Positions 29,324-40,488 of a stretch of 64,000 nucleotides of DNA are shown in pieces. The position numbers and the translations under genes are program-made. How positions within the stretch are numbered: the first letter of the stretch is position 1; every line of letters begins with the position of its first letter. The notes beneath the pieces are model-generated. The model saw only the letters and a program-made list of their open reading frames with translations, did not search any database and was not told where the DNA came from. This stretch comes from Candidatus Cloacimonadales bacterium (GTDB taxonomy: Bacteria > Cloacimonadota > Cloacimonadia > Cloacimonadales > JAFGVF01): contig OY759729.1 of the NCBI GenBank assembly GCA_963662585.1, forward strand, positions 1,152,001 to 1,216,000, read 5' to 3'.

Positions 29324-32300
29324 CTACTTCATTAAAATCATTTTGCTTGTTTTTGAGTAAGTTCCACTTTTCATACGATAGAAATAAAGGCCTGAAGCAA
29401 CTGAGTTACCAGCACTATCTTGTCCATTCCATACTACACTGTGAGAACCTGCTTCTTTTGTATCATTAACAAGAGTTTTTACTTTCTGTCCAAGGATATT
29501 ATAGACTTCTAAAGTAACTTTACCAGCTTTTTCAACTGAGTAACTAATTCTAGTTTCAGGGTTGAATGGGTTAGGGTAGTTACCTTTTAAAGCATTAATA
29601 AATAGAGGAACAGTAGTATCATCATTATCAGTTCCACCTGCTGAAACAACTTTGAAATCATCAAGCATGAATACGAATGCATCATCTGAAACACATTGGA
29701 TAGCAACTCTGATTGTTTGGTTTGCATAATTATTTAAACCATACATGTAGCTAGTCCAAGTAGTAGGAGCTTCAGTATAAGTAGCACCTGAGATTGATTC
29801 GAAGTCGTTAGGGTTAGATGAACCAGTAGATACTAGAACATTAAATCTTTCTAAACCATATTGGCTAGTGATAGATTTAGCTTTGAAGTTAACTTCACCT
29901 TGTGCACCAAGAGTGAAAGGTTGTGAAATTAACCAGTCATTATTTGTAGGAGTTACAGCAGCAAAACTAGCAAGATATTTGCTTCCATCAGGAGCATTAT
30001 AACTTTCATCACTAAGAGCTGGAGTAGTCATAGCAGGATTAAATACTATGTAAGACATCATTGATTCAGCATTAGGGAATGTAGTTCCGTCAAATCCATA
30101 AGTTGCTGATAAATCACCATCTACAAGAGTCCAGTCTCCGAACTGTAATGAGAAGTCTGCATAGTCTTCAAAACTATCAGCAATAATAATATCACCAGGA
30201 TTAATGTTAATAACATTAACGGTAACACTGTTAGAGTTAAATGATTCTGCATCACCATACATAGCTGTTACATGATAAACATAAGTTCCATCAGCTAAAT
30301 CAGCATCAGTATAAGTAAGAACAGAAGCTGCAACTTCAGCAATTTCTTCGTTATCGCGGTAGATTTTGTAAGCAGTTACATCTCTTTCTACATTGAATCT
30401 ACTTGAAAGGATTGGGTTTAAGTTTCCTGCAACTAATTGAGCATTGCTGTTATTAGCTTTTGCAGATCTGTTAACCATAGCAATTGGAGTATAAGAAGCT
30501 CTATCAGCACCTTCAGGTGAAACAAAAGCTTGGATATTCCAGTTAATATTGATTGTAGTTATTGAAGAAAGCACATCCCAGCTTGCTTGGTCATTTAACT
30601 TAACCATATCTCCACCTGCAACAGCTGGACCAGCATCACTACCTGCAGGGTAACCTGTAGGAGTATTCACATAGTAACCAATATATACTGGACCTGCAGA
30701 AGGAATAGCAACTGCTGAGTCTAATGTAAATTCGTTCCATGCTTCATTAGTGAAATCTGTAATAGCTTGACTATATAATTCTGTGTTACCATTACTTCCA
30801 CCCCATACTTTGAGAGTATAAGTAGCAGAAGCTTCTCTTGGGAACATTTTAATTGAACTAATATACATACCTTGATAGATAGCTAACTCAGCTTCGGTGT
30901 ACATGTGAGCAATGTGCATTGTAGCAGCTGCACCAGTACCAATACCATCATTATTATCTTCAGAACCTTTAGTTAACCATAGGCCATTTGTTAAATCAAG
31001 TGGTGCTTCCCAGTTTAACTCTACACTTGAACCATCAACATCTGCTGTTAAGTTCATTGGAGGTAAAGTTGTAGCAGGGTCAACAATAGAAACTTCAACA
31101 GTATTAGAAGGATCAGATTCACCTTCTGTATAAACTGCAGTCACATAGTATTCGTAGTTTGCGAAATCTAATTCAGTTTCAGTATAGGTTAATACATCTG
31201 AAGTAACAGTAGAGATTTCAGTACCATCACGGTAAATTTTATATGCTGTTAATTCACGAGTTCTACGAGTAGAAACATAGTTAGGATCTTTAGCAAATCT
31301 ATTGTTTCTAATTCTAGGAGAAGCAAGAGTTTTGTCTGCTTTTGAGAATGATTTTAACTCAGAAGCATCAAATGCTATTGCTCTGCCATTATTACTAAAT
31401 ACGATATTATCGATGAATGTTGACCACCATAAACCTTGTCCATCACCATCAACAAAGTTCCAAGCTACATTAATTGTTTCTGAAACATAAGCTGAAAGAT
31501 CAACAGAAACTGGAGTAGCATAATTATTTTCACCTGCAGGAAGGTCAGTCGCATTCCAAACAGCAGTCCAGTTTGAGCCACCATCAGTTGAAACTTTTAC
31601 GAAATAATTATCACCATACTCTGAACCATAAGATCCATAATAATCAAAAGTTAAGTTGTTAACATTAGAAATTTCAGAAGTAACTAACCACTCATCTTGA
31701 GCTGAATAATCCCATTGAACACCTGCTTGATATGTTCCTTCAGTAGGTACAACATCACCAGTATCATAAGCTACAGTTTCAAATTGTTCCCAAGTTGCAG
31801 TAGTATTTGTAGCTTCAGTAGTCCAACCTGTTGGAGGGAATGATTCTTCAAATCCTTCTGTAATTTCGTCAGGAAGTACTGTGCCAGGAGCTAACCAGTT
31901 AAGAGTAACATCTTGACCAGAAACTGAAGCTGTTAAGTTAACAGGAGCTTCAACTTCAACAGGAGTAGTTGCAACAGTAGCAGTAACTACATTTGATAAT
32001 GCAGAAGTACCTTCAGTATATACAACTTTAACTGCATATTCATAAACCCCATCAGCAAGATCAGCATCTGTATAAGTTAATTCTTGAGTAGTGGCTAAGT
32101 CAGCACCATCTTTAATGATTTGATACTCAACAAAAGTATTATCACCAACAACTGGAGCAGACCAAGTAAGAACTACGACACTTTCTGTAACAGTAGCAGC
32201 TAAATCAGTAACTACTGGTAAAGGAGCTACAGTACTGTCCATAACAAAAACCACATTTGGATAACATGCTTTAAGTGCTCCAGTAGGAGGGTCAGTTGGA

Positions 32301-34429
32301 TCAGGATCTATTGTGTCATTATTATAAGAAATAGAAACATTGCCTTCTGTAGCAGTGTTAAAGAATTCGTCAGTACTTGAGTGATAACCAGCAGTATTCT
32401 CTTCAACTGCGATTAAGAGATTATCTGTATTATTATAGTTGAAAGGAGTATCTAAAGTAATAGAAACCCAACCATCAACAGCTGTTACAGATAATGTACC
32501 GTCATAAACTAAAGTTAAAGCATCAGCAGCTACCCAACTTGAAGTAGTTTCAAAACTAGATAAAGTTGTATGAGCCATATATACTTTAATATCATCAGGA
32601 CCCCAAGCAGAATTTCCATTATAATGCCATGCGATAGATTGAATATCACCTGCATTATTAACATCAGCTTGAGTATAGATGGATTGTGAGTAAGTATAAC
32701 CAAAGTATGGTTCTATTGGCATTCCCTTATTTATTTCACTACCTGTACCAATTTGAATAGTACCTTCAGGCATAATAGTAGTAAATGAAGCAATATCACT
32801 ATATACTTCATAGCCAGCAGCATTAAAAGAGACAACAAGCCAATAATAAGTAGTCCACTCTTCTAAGTCAGCTACGAAAGAAGTAACATCTTGATTATCA
32901 ACAACTAAAGCTTCAGCAGCTAAATTGTTGATTTCAGTCATATCATCTGATAAATATAAACTTACAGATGTTGTGTTTTCGCCATATTCCCAGGTCAATT
33001 CTGCATCTAAGGCTACAGCAGTAGCACCATTTTCTGGAGTTAAAAGAGTAGCAGCAGTTGGTTCATTAGCTGGAATTTCTTCAATTAACAAATTATCAAT
33101 ATAGATAGTTTGATAAGTACTAACATTTGCATGTTTTAAAGCAAGATATCTAACAGTTCTAGGTAATTCTAATTCAACAGTATGTACTTCATAAGTTGAA
33201 GTTAAGTCAATAGTCTGAATTTCAGTAAAGCTTGATGCATCAGCAACATTTGCTAGGTAACCTACTAAAAGTTGAGAACCTGTACTTGAGCATTTTGCAT
33301 AAAATTTCATTCTATTGTTAGCATTTTCAATTTGTGGTAAGACAGCAATATAAGTACCTGTATCATCACTACTGTTTGCAATTCTTAAAGAGTTTTCACC
33401 TTCATAAGCATTAGTTGCACTTGTGTAAGTATCAACATAAGAATAATCTGAAGTACCTTCGTGGAAAGACATCCAACCAAGTGGTAATGCAGGAGCTGTT
33501 ACATTTTCAAAACCCTGGGCATAAGGAGTTTCAGCAATGCCATAACTTGTTGAAAATGAGTAAACATTTGTGGCTGCAATAATCTCTGAAGTTGAATTAG
33601 AAGCTACAACTTTCCAGAAATATGTACTAGCATTTTCAAGTGTAGGTGAGTAAGAAGTAACTAAATCTCCATCAACTACTAAAGCTGTTTCAACATTATT
33701 GAGAACATCTGCTTGATTTTCTGAGAAATAGACATTGATAGTTTCAGTATTTTCACCAATAGTCCATACTAAATCAACATCTAATTCATTGTTAAGGGAA
33801 TTATTTGCTGGTGAAACCACAACTGGATAAGCAGGAGCACCCTCTGAAACAAAACCTATTCTTAAGTTAGGATATTGTTGAGTAGTAGCACCTGCAACAG
33901 CAGGGAATGAGTTATCTTGTCTTTTATAAGAAGCAATGTTATAATCAACATCTGTTCTTCTAAAAGTAGGGTAATTAGATACATAATCAGCATCCCAATT
34001 TTCCCAAACAATCTCAAGATTAGAAGTTCCATTATATTGGAAATTAGTTTGGAAAACAATACCTTGCCATCCGCTTTCATTCCAAGTAACATTGGCATCA
34101 TAAACTAAAGTAAAGTCATTATTTGTTGGATCTGGATAAGCAACACCAGCAGTATCAACTTCTGTGTGTCTTAAATATACTTTTTGATCTAACATTTCAT
34201 AATTACTTGGTGAATTAAAAACATCAAAACTTAATGAATTAATTTCGATAGCATTTCCGATTTGTTCAGCAGGTATCACTAATGATGACCAACTATAATC
34301 CCATAAACCTGAGAAAGGAACACTTGATATTGAATCAGTAGAACCATTATCTCCGATTTCTACATATTGTGCAAAAGCTGATGTAATGGTTAAAATCATC
34401 AGCACAAGCATAAGCGTAGCTTTTTTCAT
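29324..34429 (-). CDS. Large secreted adhesin-like protein A (FN3, cleaved-adhesin/choice-of-anchor-J-like domains, FlgD-Ig/T9SS-type CTD)
   Basis: Signal peptide; FN3 motifs (NLTA..VTLNW, YKIYRD, YYVTAVY); NNDWLIS..YGLERF..AIQCVSDDAF; NYPNPFNPET...SKMILMK. Confidence 0.88.
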   Translation of the reverse strand: MKKATLMLVLMILTITSAFAQYVEIGDNGSTDSISSVPFSGLWDYSWSSLVIPAEQIGNAIEINSLSFDVFNSPSNYEMLDQKVYLRHTEVDTAGVAYPDPTNNDFTLVYDANVTWNESGWQGIVFQTNFQYNGTSNLEIVWENWDADYVSNYPTFRRTDVDYNIASYKRQDNSFPAVAGATTQQYPNLRIGFVSEGAPAYPVVVSPANNSLNNELDVDLVWTIGENTETINVYFSENQADVLNNVETALVVDGDLVTSYSPTLENASTYFWKVVASNSTSEIIAATNVYSFSTSYGIAETPYAQGFENVTAPALPLGWMSFHEGTSDYSYVDTYTSATNAYEGENSLRIANSSDDTGTYIAVLPQIENANNRMKFYAKCSSTGSQLLVGYLANVADASSFTEIQTIDLTSTYEVHTVELELPRTVRYLALKHANVSTYQTIYIDNLLIEEIPANEPTAATLLTPENGATAVALDAELTWEYGENTTSVSLYLSDDMTEINNLAAEALVVDNQDVTSFVADLEEWTTYYWLVVSFNAAGYEVYSDIASFTTIMPEGTIQIGTGSEINKGMPIEPYFGYTYSQSIYTQADVNNAGDIQSIAWHYNGNSAWGPDDIKVYMAHTTLSSFETTSSWVAADALTLVYDGTLSVTAVDGWVSITLDTPFNYNNTDNLLIAVEENTAGYHSSTDEFFNTATEGNVSISYNNDTIDPDPTDPPTGALKACYPNVVFVMDSTVAPLPVVTDLAATVTESVVVLTWSAPVVGDNTFVEYQIIKDGADLATTQELTYTDADLADGVYEYAVKVVYTEGTSALSNVVTATVATTPVEVEAPVNLTASVSGQDVTLNWLAPGTVLPDEITEGFEESFPPTGWTTEATNTTATWEQFETVAYDTGDVVPTEGTYQAGVQWDYSAQDEWLVTSEISNVNNLTFDYYGSYGSEYGDNYFVKVSTDGGSNWTAVWNATDLPAGENNYATPVSVDLSAYVSETINVAWNFVDGDGQGLWWSTFIDNIVFSNNGRAIAFDASELKSFSKADKTLASPRIRNNRFAKDPNYVSTRRTRELTAYKIYRDGTEISTVTSDVLTYTETELDFANYEYYVTAVYTEGESDPSNTVEVSIVDPATTLPPMNLTADVDGSSVELNWEAPLDLTNGLWLTKGSEDNNDGIGTGAAATMHIAHMYTEAELAIYQGMYISSIKMFPREASATYTLKVWGGSNGNTELYSQAITDFTNEAWNEFTLDSAVAIPSAGPVYIGYYVNTPTGYPAGSDAGPAVAGGDMVKLNDQASWDVLSSITTININWNIQAFVSPEGADRASYTPIAMVNRSAKANNSNAQLVAGNLNPILSSRFNVERDVTAYKIYRDNEEIAEVAASVLTYTDADLADGTYVYHVTAMYGDAESFNSNSVTVNVININPGDIIIADSFEDYADFSLQFGDWTLVDGDLSATYGFDGTTFPNAESMMSYIVFNPAMTTPALSDESYNAPDGSKYLASFAAVTPTNNDWLISQPFTLGAQGEVNFKAKSITSQYGLERFNVLVSTGSSNPNDFESISGATYTEAPTTWTSYMYGLNNYANQTIRVAIQCVSDDAFVFMLDDFKVVSAGGTDNDDTTVPLFINALKGNYPNPFNPETRISYSVEKAGKVTLEVYNILGQKVKTLVNDTKEAGSHSVVWNGQDSAGNSVASGLYFYRMKSGTYSKTSKMILMK

Positions 34430-34706
34430 ACTTTATCTCCTTTAATAATTTTTGTGGCTACTATAGCCAAGATTAGCATGTAGGTCAATCTTCATAAGTG
34501 GAGATAATGTGTCAATGATTACCTAAAACAACAGTTTTAAATACTTAGGGTTTAACTTTATATATTATTATTATACTATCAGTTAGCACCCTTCTTTGTT
34601 TAGCTTTTTAAGTAGTACAAAATAGGGAATTTAGCTTTTCATAGTTGATTAACTTAAATAGTAAATTGTGAATTTAGGAGAATTACAGGTTTTTACAGGA
34701 AAGAAG

Positions 34707-34728
34707 AAAGCCCCGTTTTCACGGGGCT
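34707..34728 (-). terminator. Intrinsic terminator after gene 34827..39848
   Basis: AGCCCCGT-TTTC-ACGGGGCT perfect stem. Confidence 0.7.
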
Positions 34729-34743
34729 GTTATATTTGTATCT

Positions 34744-34810
34744 TGGGAAATGCCTGCAAGGATGCAAGCCTTCCCAGTTGAGATGCCTTCAAGATGAAGG
34801 CAATCCCAGT
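34744..34810. repeat. Two REP-like units of the TTCCCAGTT family
   Basis: TGGGAAATGCCTGCAAGGATGCAAGCCTTCCCAGTT followed by GCCTTCAAGATGAAGGCAATCCCAGT; the first matches the 49725 array unit. Confidence 0.85.
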
Positions 34811-34826
34811 GGGTTCTATAGTTTTT

Positions 34827-37800
34827 TTATTTCATAAGAATCATTTTCTTAGTTGAAGTATATTTTCCAGATTTCATTCTGTAGAAGAATACACCAGAAG
34901 CAACACTCTTACCATTATCGTCAGTACCATTCCAAACAACAGTGTGAGGACCAGCTACCATGTTTTCATTAAGAAGAGCTTTCACTTTTTGACCTCTGAT
35001 ATTGAAGATATCAATAGAAACAGGACCGTTTTCTTTAGTTGAGAAAGCAATTCTAGTTTCAGGGTTGAATGGATTAGGATAGTTTCCGATAAGTTGAGAT
35101 ACCGCAGCGATATCATTATTAGGGATATCAGTTCCACCAGGAGCTTCAATTTGAACTTGATCTACCATGAAGATAAATGCATCATTTGATACACATTGGA
35201 TAGCAACTCTGATAGTTTGGTTTGCATAAGCATTTAAACTATAAGAGAACTGAGTCCATGCTGTTGGAGCTGTTGTAAAAGTAGCACCTGAGATTGATGT
35301 AAAGTCGTTAGGATTTGTAGATCCATTAGAAACTAATACAGTAAATCTTTCAAGACCATACTGATCAGTGATAGATTTAGCCCAGAAATTAAATGATCCA
35401 GTTTCTCCAAGAGTAAACTCTTGAGTCATCATCCAATCATTATTAGCAGGAGTAGTAGAAGCAAAGGCAGCCATGTATTTATTTCCTTCATAAGCACCAT
35501 AAGCTACATCAGTTAGCGGAGGAGTAGTAGTTGTAGGATTGAATACGATATAGGCTTGAGGAGCTTCTGCATTTTCCCAAGTAGTGTTAGTAATTGAGTA
35601 TGTACCTGATAAATCGCCATCAACTAAATTCCAAGGACCAGCTTCAAGTGCGAAGTCAGTATATGTTTCAAAACCATCTTCGATGAGATAATCACCAGGG
35701 ATAGTTACATTTACTGTAGCTTCAACAGTGTTTGAAGCTTCTGATTCTTGATCTCCGTACATTGCTGTAACGAAGTATTCATAACTTCCATTTTCTAAAT
35801 CAGCGTCTGCATAAGTAAGTACAGTTGCGCCAACAGTAACGATTTCTTCACCATCTCTATATACTTTATAACCTGTGAGTTCTCTATCAACTCTAACTAC
35901 AGGAGTATTTACAGTTTTGCTAATAGCAACTAATTCATTTGCTTTAAGTGATCTTGTAGCAACTGAAGTTTCGAACATGATATTATCAATGTAAGTAGCA
36001 TACCAAAGACCTTGTCCGTCTCCATCAACGAAGTTCCAAGCAATATGGATTGGAGTAGATGCATAAGTAGAAAGGTCTATTGAAATAGGTGTATCATAAT
36101 TGTTATCACCTGCAGGTAAATCAGAAGCATTCCAAACAGGAGTCCAGTTGCTTCCACCATCAGTAGATACTTTTACATAATAATTATCACCATATTCAGA
36201 ACCATATTGACCGTAGAAGTCAAAAGTAATTCCAGTGATACCAGTCATTTCACCAGTGATTAACCATTCATCTTGTGCACCGTAATCCCACATTACACCA
36301 GCTTGATAGTCACCATCAGTTGGAACGATATCACCAGTTGAGAATGTAACAGTTTCATATTGAGCCCATGATTCAGTTGTATTATTTACAACAGTTGACC
36401 AACCAGCAGGAGGGAAAGCATTTTCAAAGCTTTCATTCATTACTTCAGGAGCTTCACCAGGAGCAAACCAGTTAAGAGTAACTACATCTTCCATAACAGA
36501 AGCTGTTAAGTTCTCAGGAGCTAATATTTCTTCTTCTTCCTCAATAACTATAGTTACTACAGGAGTAGGGTCTGAGTCAGCTTCATCATAGTTAGCAACA
36601 GCTTTATATTGATATGTACCATAATCAAGAGCTTCATCTAAATAAGATAAAACATCTGTACCGACTTCTACTAATATTTCGTTATCACGATATAGAGTAT
36701 AACCTGTAAGATCTCTTGTGATTTCATTATCACTTGCTGAGCCAAACATTGATTCTTCACGAGAAAGAGTTCTCATTCTTGCATCTGGAGCATTCCAGTT
36801 AATCTGAACATCAAACTCATTCACAATTACTGCAGTGAAGTTAGTTGGAGGGTTATAAACAGGAGGAGTAGTATCAACAACAACTATATTAGATGGTTCT
36901 GACATTTCAGTACCATACAAAGCTGTTACTTTATATTCCCAAACACCGTTAGGTACATTTGTATTAACCCATGTTGTATCATTTGCATCAGCTATTGATT
37001 GAATAATACTATTATTACGATAGATATTATAAGCAGTGATTTCAAGTGGATCTCTATAAATAGCTCTTCCACCTTCAACAAATGCTTGAATAAGGAAATT
37101 ATAATTATTATTCAAATTTGAGATTAAATTCCAGCCACCGTTAAAGAAAATTAAATCGCCTTTACCAACAACTGCTGGACCTGCATCACGACCAAGAGGG
37201 TAACCATTTGGAGTGGTTGTTTCAACACCAATCCATAACTCTTCTGAAGCTGCTAAAGTAACAGCATCATCTAATTCTACGATATTCCAAGCAAATGTTT
37301 CAATATCTGTAATTAACTGAGAAACGACTTCTGTACCAGGAACAAATGTAGTACCATCATAAGAACCACCAGTCCATACTTTTAAAGTATAAGTAGCAGC
37401 AGCATTACGAGGATAGAATTTCATTTGAGTTAAACTTGCTCCGCCGTAATTAGCTAAATCAGCAGCATCGTATCTTACAACACCTGTATAAGTAAAGGCT
37501 CCACCAGTACCAAAACCATCCTCATATATTCCACTACCATGATATAACCATTCTCCACCTTCATCAGGGAGAATAGGCATGTTCCAAGCTAAATGAACCT
37601 CATTTTCATTTTGAATTTCTGCAGTTAAGTTAGTTGGAGAAGGATATACAACCGGAGTTTCACCTTCTTCTATAACAAGAACTATGTTTGGATAATAAGC
37701 TTTTAGAGTTCCAGTTGGAGGAGCTGTAGGATCTGGATCAGTTGAATCACTATGATAAGTAATAGAAACATTACCCTCAGCTATTGTGTTAAAGAATTCA

Positions 37801-39848
37801 TCTCCACTAGAGTGATAACCTTGTGTATTCTCTTCAACAGCAATTAAAAGATTGTCTGTATTATTATAGTTGAAAGGAGTATCTAAAGTGATAGGCACCC
37901 AACCATCAACTGCAGGAACTGATAAAGTTCCATCATAAACTAAAGTTAAAGCATCAGCAGCTACCCAACTCTCGGTAGTTTCATAACTAGTTAAAGTTGT
38001 ATGAGCCATATAAATTTTTATATCATCTGGACCCCAGGCAGAATTTCCATTATAATGCCAAGCGATAGTTTGAATATCACCAGCCATATTAACATCAGCT
38101 TGAGGATAGATTGTTTGTGTATAAGTGTAACCATAATATGGTTCGATTGGCATACCTTGATTTATTTCAAGGCCATTACCGATTTGAATTGTTCCTTCTG
38201 GAGTTACTGTAGTGAATGAGTATATAGCACTTAATACTTCATAACCAGTAGAGTTTAAGGAAGCTACTCTCCAGTAATAAGTAGTCCATTCAGCTAAATC
38301 AGCGGTATATGAAGTAACATCTTGATTATCGATAACCATTGCATCAGCAACTAAATCAGTTACATCTGCCATATCATCTGAAAGATATAAATTTACTGCA
38401 ACTGTGTTCATTCCATATTCCCAAGTTAACTCAGCATCCATTGCGACACCAGTAGCGCCATTTTCAGGAGTTAAAAGAGTTGCAGGAGTTGGTTCATTTG
38501 CAGGAATTTCTTCAACTAGAACATTATCTAAGTAAATTGTTTGATAAGTTCCAACATTTGCATGTTTGAAAGCAAGATATCTTACAGTTCTTGGAAGTTC
38601 TAATTCAACTGTATGTTCTAGATAATCTGAAGTTAAATCAATAGTTTGAATTTCAGTAAAAGTAGCTGCATCAGTAACATCAGCAAGATAACCTACTACT
38701 ATTTGAGCACCTGCACTTGAACATTTAGCCCAGAATTTCATTCTATTGCTCATATTTTCTATTTGTGGCAATACAGCTATGTAAGTACCTTCTGTATCAC
38801 TACTATTAGCCATTCTAAATGAATTAGCACCTTCGTATGCTTGACCAGAATAAGTCTCAACATAAGAATAAGTAGTAGTACTTTCACGATAAGTCATCCA
38901 ACCTAATGGTAAAGCTGGAGGAGTAACTTCTTCAAAACCTTCAGCATAAGGTACTTCTGCAAGACCATAAGTTGTTGAAAATGAAACAACATTAGTTTGA
39001 GCGATAATTTCTGAAGTTGAATTAGAGGCTACGACTTTCCAGTAATAAACACTTGCATTTTCTAAAGAAGGTGAGTATGAAGTAACTAATTCACCATTAA
39101 CAACTAAAGCTGTTTCTACATTATTAACTACATCATCTTCATTTTCTGAAAAATAGACATGAATAAACTCTGTATTTTCACCATAAGTCCAAACTAACTC
39201 AGTATCTAATTCGTTGTTTAGAGTATTATTTTCTGGTGAAACGATAACAGGATATGCTGGAGCACCTTCAGCTGCAAAACCTAAACGAGTGTTAGGAAAA
39301 TATGTTTGAAGAGTTCCATCGACAATAGGAAAGCTATTATCAGTATATTTGTAAGCAGCAGTATTGAGGCCAGTATCAGTTTTTAAGAAATTTGGATAGC
39401 CACCTACATAAGTACCATCATTATTTTCCCAAACGATTTGAAGGTTTGAAGTACCATCAAAAGAAAATTCTGTGTCTAAAATTACACCTTGCCAGCCACC
39501 TTCATTCCAAGTAATTGAGCCATCAAATACTAAGGTGAAGCCATTATTGGTTGGATCTGGATAAGCTACTGTTACTTCAGTATCAGTAGTAAGTTTCATA
39601 TACACTTGTTGATTTTCCATGAAGTAATTCGCAGGTGTGTTACCTACATTAAATTGAATTTCGTTAATTTCGATTGCATTCCCGATTTGGGCGGAAGTTA
39701 AAATATAATTTGACCAACTATAATCATATAATCCATAAGCTGGAACATAATTAGTAGTGGTGGTTCCGTCTCCGATTTCTACAAAAACTGCAAAAATGGA
39801 GGTAATAGCGACTAAAAAAGCTAATAAGGTTAGCATTTTCTTGTTCAT
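34827..39848 (-). CDS. Large secreted adhesin-like protein B, tandem paralog of A
   Basis: Same domain set; long shared blocks (ELELPRTVRYLA, AWHYNGNSAWGPDDIK); CTD ending KKMILMK. Confidence 0.88.
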   Translation of the reverse strand: MNKKMLTLLAFLVAITSIFAVFVEIGDGTTTTNYVPAYGLYDYSWSNYILTSAQIGNAIEINEIQFNVGNTPANYFMENQQVYMKLTTDTEVTVAYPDPTNNGFTLVFDGSITWNEGGWQGVILDTEFSFDGTSNLQIVWENNDGTYVGGYPNFLKTDTGLNTAAYKYTDNSFPIVDGTLQTYFPNTRLGFAAEGAPAYPVIVSPENNTLNNELDTELVWTYGENTEFIHVYFSENEDDVVNNVETALVVNGELVTSYSPSLENASVYYWKVVASNSTSEIIAQTNVVSFSTTYGLAEVPYAEGFEEVTPPALPLGWMTYRESTTTYSYVETYSGQAYEGANSFRMANSSDTEGTYIAVLPQIENMSNRMKFWAKCSSAGAQIVVGYLADVTDAATFTEIQTIDLTSDYLEHTVELELPRTVRYLAFKHANVGTYQTIYLDNVLVEEIPANEPTPATLLTPENGATGVAMDAELTWEYGMNTVAVNLYLSDDMADVTDLVADAMVIDNQDVTSYTADLAEWTTYYWRVASLNSTGYEVLSAIYSFTTVTPEGTIQIGNGLEINQGMPIEPYYGYTYTQTIYPQADVNMAGDIQTIAWHYNGNSAWGPDDIKIYMAHTTLTSYETTESWVAADALTLVYDGTLSVPAVDGWVPITLDTPFNYNNTDNLLIAVEENTQGYHSSGDEFFNTIAEGNVSITYHSDSTDPDPTAPPTGTLKAYYPNIVLVIEEGETPVVYPSPTNLTAEIQNENEVHLAWNMPILPDEGGEWLYHGSGIYEDGFGTGGAFTYTGVVRYDAADLANYGGASLTQMKFYPRNAAATYTLKVWTGGSYDGTTFVPGTEVVSQLITDIETFAWNIVELDDAVTLAASEELWIGVETTTPNGYPLGRDAGPAVVGKGDLIFFNGGWNLISNLNNNYNFLIQAFVEGGRAIYRDPLEITAYNIYRNNSIIQSIADANDTTWVNTNVPNGVWEYKVTALYGTEMSEPSNIVVVDTTPPVYNPPTNFTAVIVNEFDVQINWNAPDARMRTLSREESMFGSASDNEITRDLTGYTLYRDNEILVEVGTDVLSYLDEALDYGTYQYKAVANYDEADSDPTPVVTIVIEEEEEILAPENLTASVMEDVVTLNWFAPGEAPEVMNESFENAFPPAGWSTVVNNTTESWAQYETVTFSTGDIVPTDGDYQAGVMWDYGAQDEWLITGEMTGITGITFDFYGQYGSEYGDNYYVKVSTDGGSNWTPVWNASDLPAGDNNYDTPISIDLSTYASTPIHIAWNFVDGDGQGLWYATYIDNIMFETSVATRSLKANELVAISKTVNTPVVRVDRELTGYKVYRDGEEIVTVGATVLTYADADLENGSYEYFVTAMYGDQESEASNTVEATVNVTIPGDYLIEDGFETYTDFALEAGPWNLVDGDLSGTYSITNTTWENAEAPQAYIVFNPTTTTPPLTDVAYGAYEGNKYMAAFASTTPANNDWMMTQEFTLGETGSFNFWAKSITDQYGLERFTVLVSNGSTNPNDFTSISGATFTTAPTAWTQFSYSLNAYANQTIRVAIQCVSNDAFIFMVDQVQIEAPGGTDIPNNDIAAVSQLIGNYPNPFNPETRIAFSTKENGPVSIDIFNIRGQKVKALLNENMVAGPHTVVWNGTDDNGKSVASGVFFYRMKSGKYTSTKKMILMK

Positions 39849-40344
39849 AATATATTCTCCTTTGACTTAGTATATGTTTAATTCCATACTCAATTCCATT
39901 TTACACAAAGCTCTTTTTTTCTGTCAATAGGAAAAAAATAAATTTTAGCATTTTTTTTGAAGATCGATAATATAGCCATGAAGGCTCAGCAGAAAAGCAA
40001 AGTATTTGAATATTTTTATATCGATTGTTTTTCTTATTTTAAACTTATTTCTATTTAGTAAACATAGTTTAGTAAACAGATAGTACTATCATCTACTTTG
40101 TTTACACAATACATTATTAGTTAAATTTATTTTTCTTGATAGATATTTGTTTTAACAAACTGAAACTTCATTAGTAAAATTATCTGATAGAATCCCAGAC
40201 TTTAAATTTACAGGGAATGTGTTTAAATATTTATTGCAACTATTAATGATTAATCATACTTGATTTATTCCCTTTAAATAAAGAATTGGGGTCAGTTATG
40301 ATTATTTTTGAGAGAGAAAAAGAAGTTGGAAATTTCTTATAAAT

Positions 40345-40478
40345 AAAAAACGGGATTTACATGTTTAAAATACCACCACACTACTTTAAACTGTAAATCC
40401 CACACTAAGCACATTTGAGAGAATTTAGCATCCGGGGAGAATGCTAAAGATTTTCGAGTGACTAACTCTGAAAACTAA
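40345..40478 (-). ncRNA. Candidate sigma54-dependent small RNA (~130 nt)
   Basis: Directly downstream of a GG-N10-GC promoter; two hairpins, the second followed by a U6 tract; no ORF. Confidence 0.55.
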
Positions 40479-40488
40479 TATAATACTA

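Noticed and set aside
40345..40450. tRNA or known riboswitch upstream of adhesin B
   Set aside because: No cloverleaf, T-loop or riboswitch consensus I recognise; it has its own promoter and terminator ~500 nt from the next start, so it is kept as an sRNA candidate.
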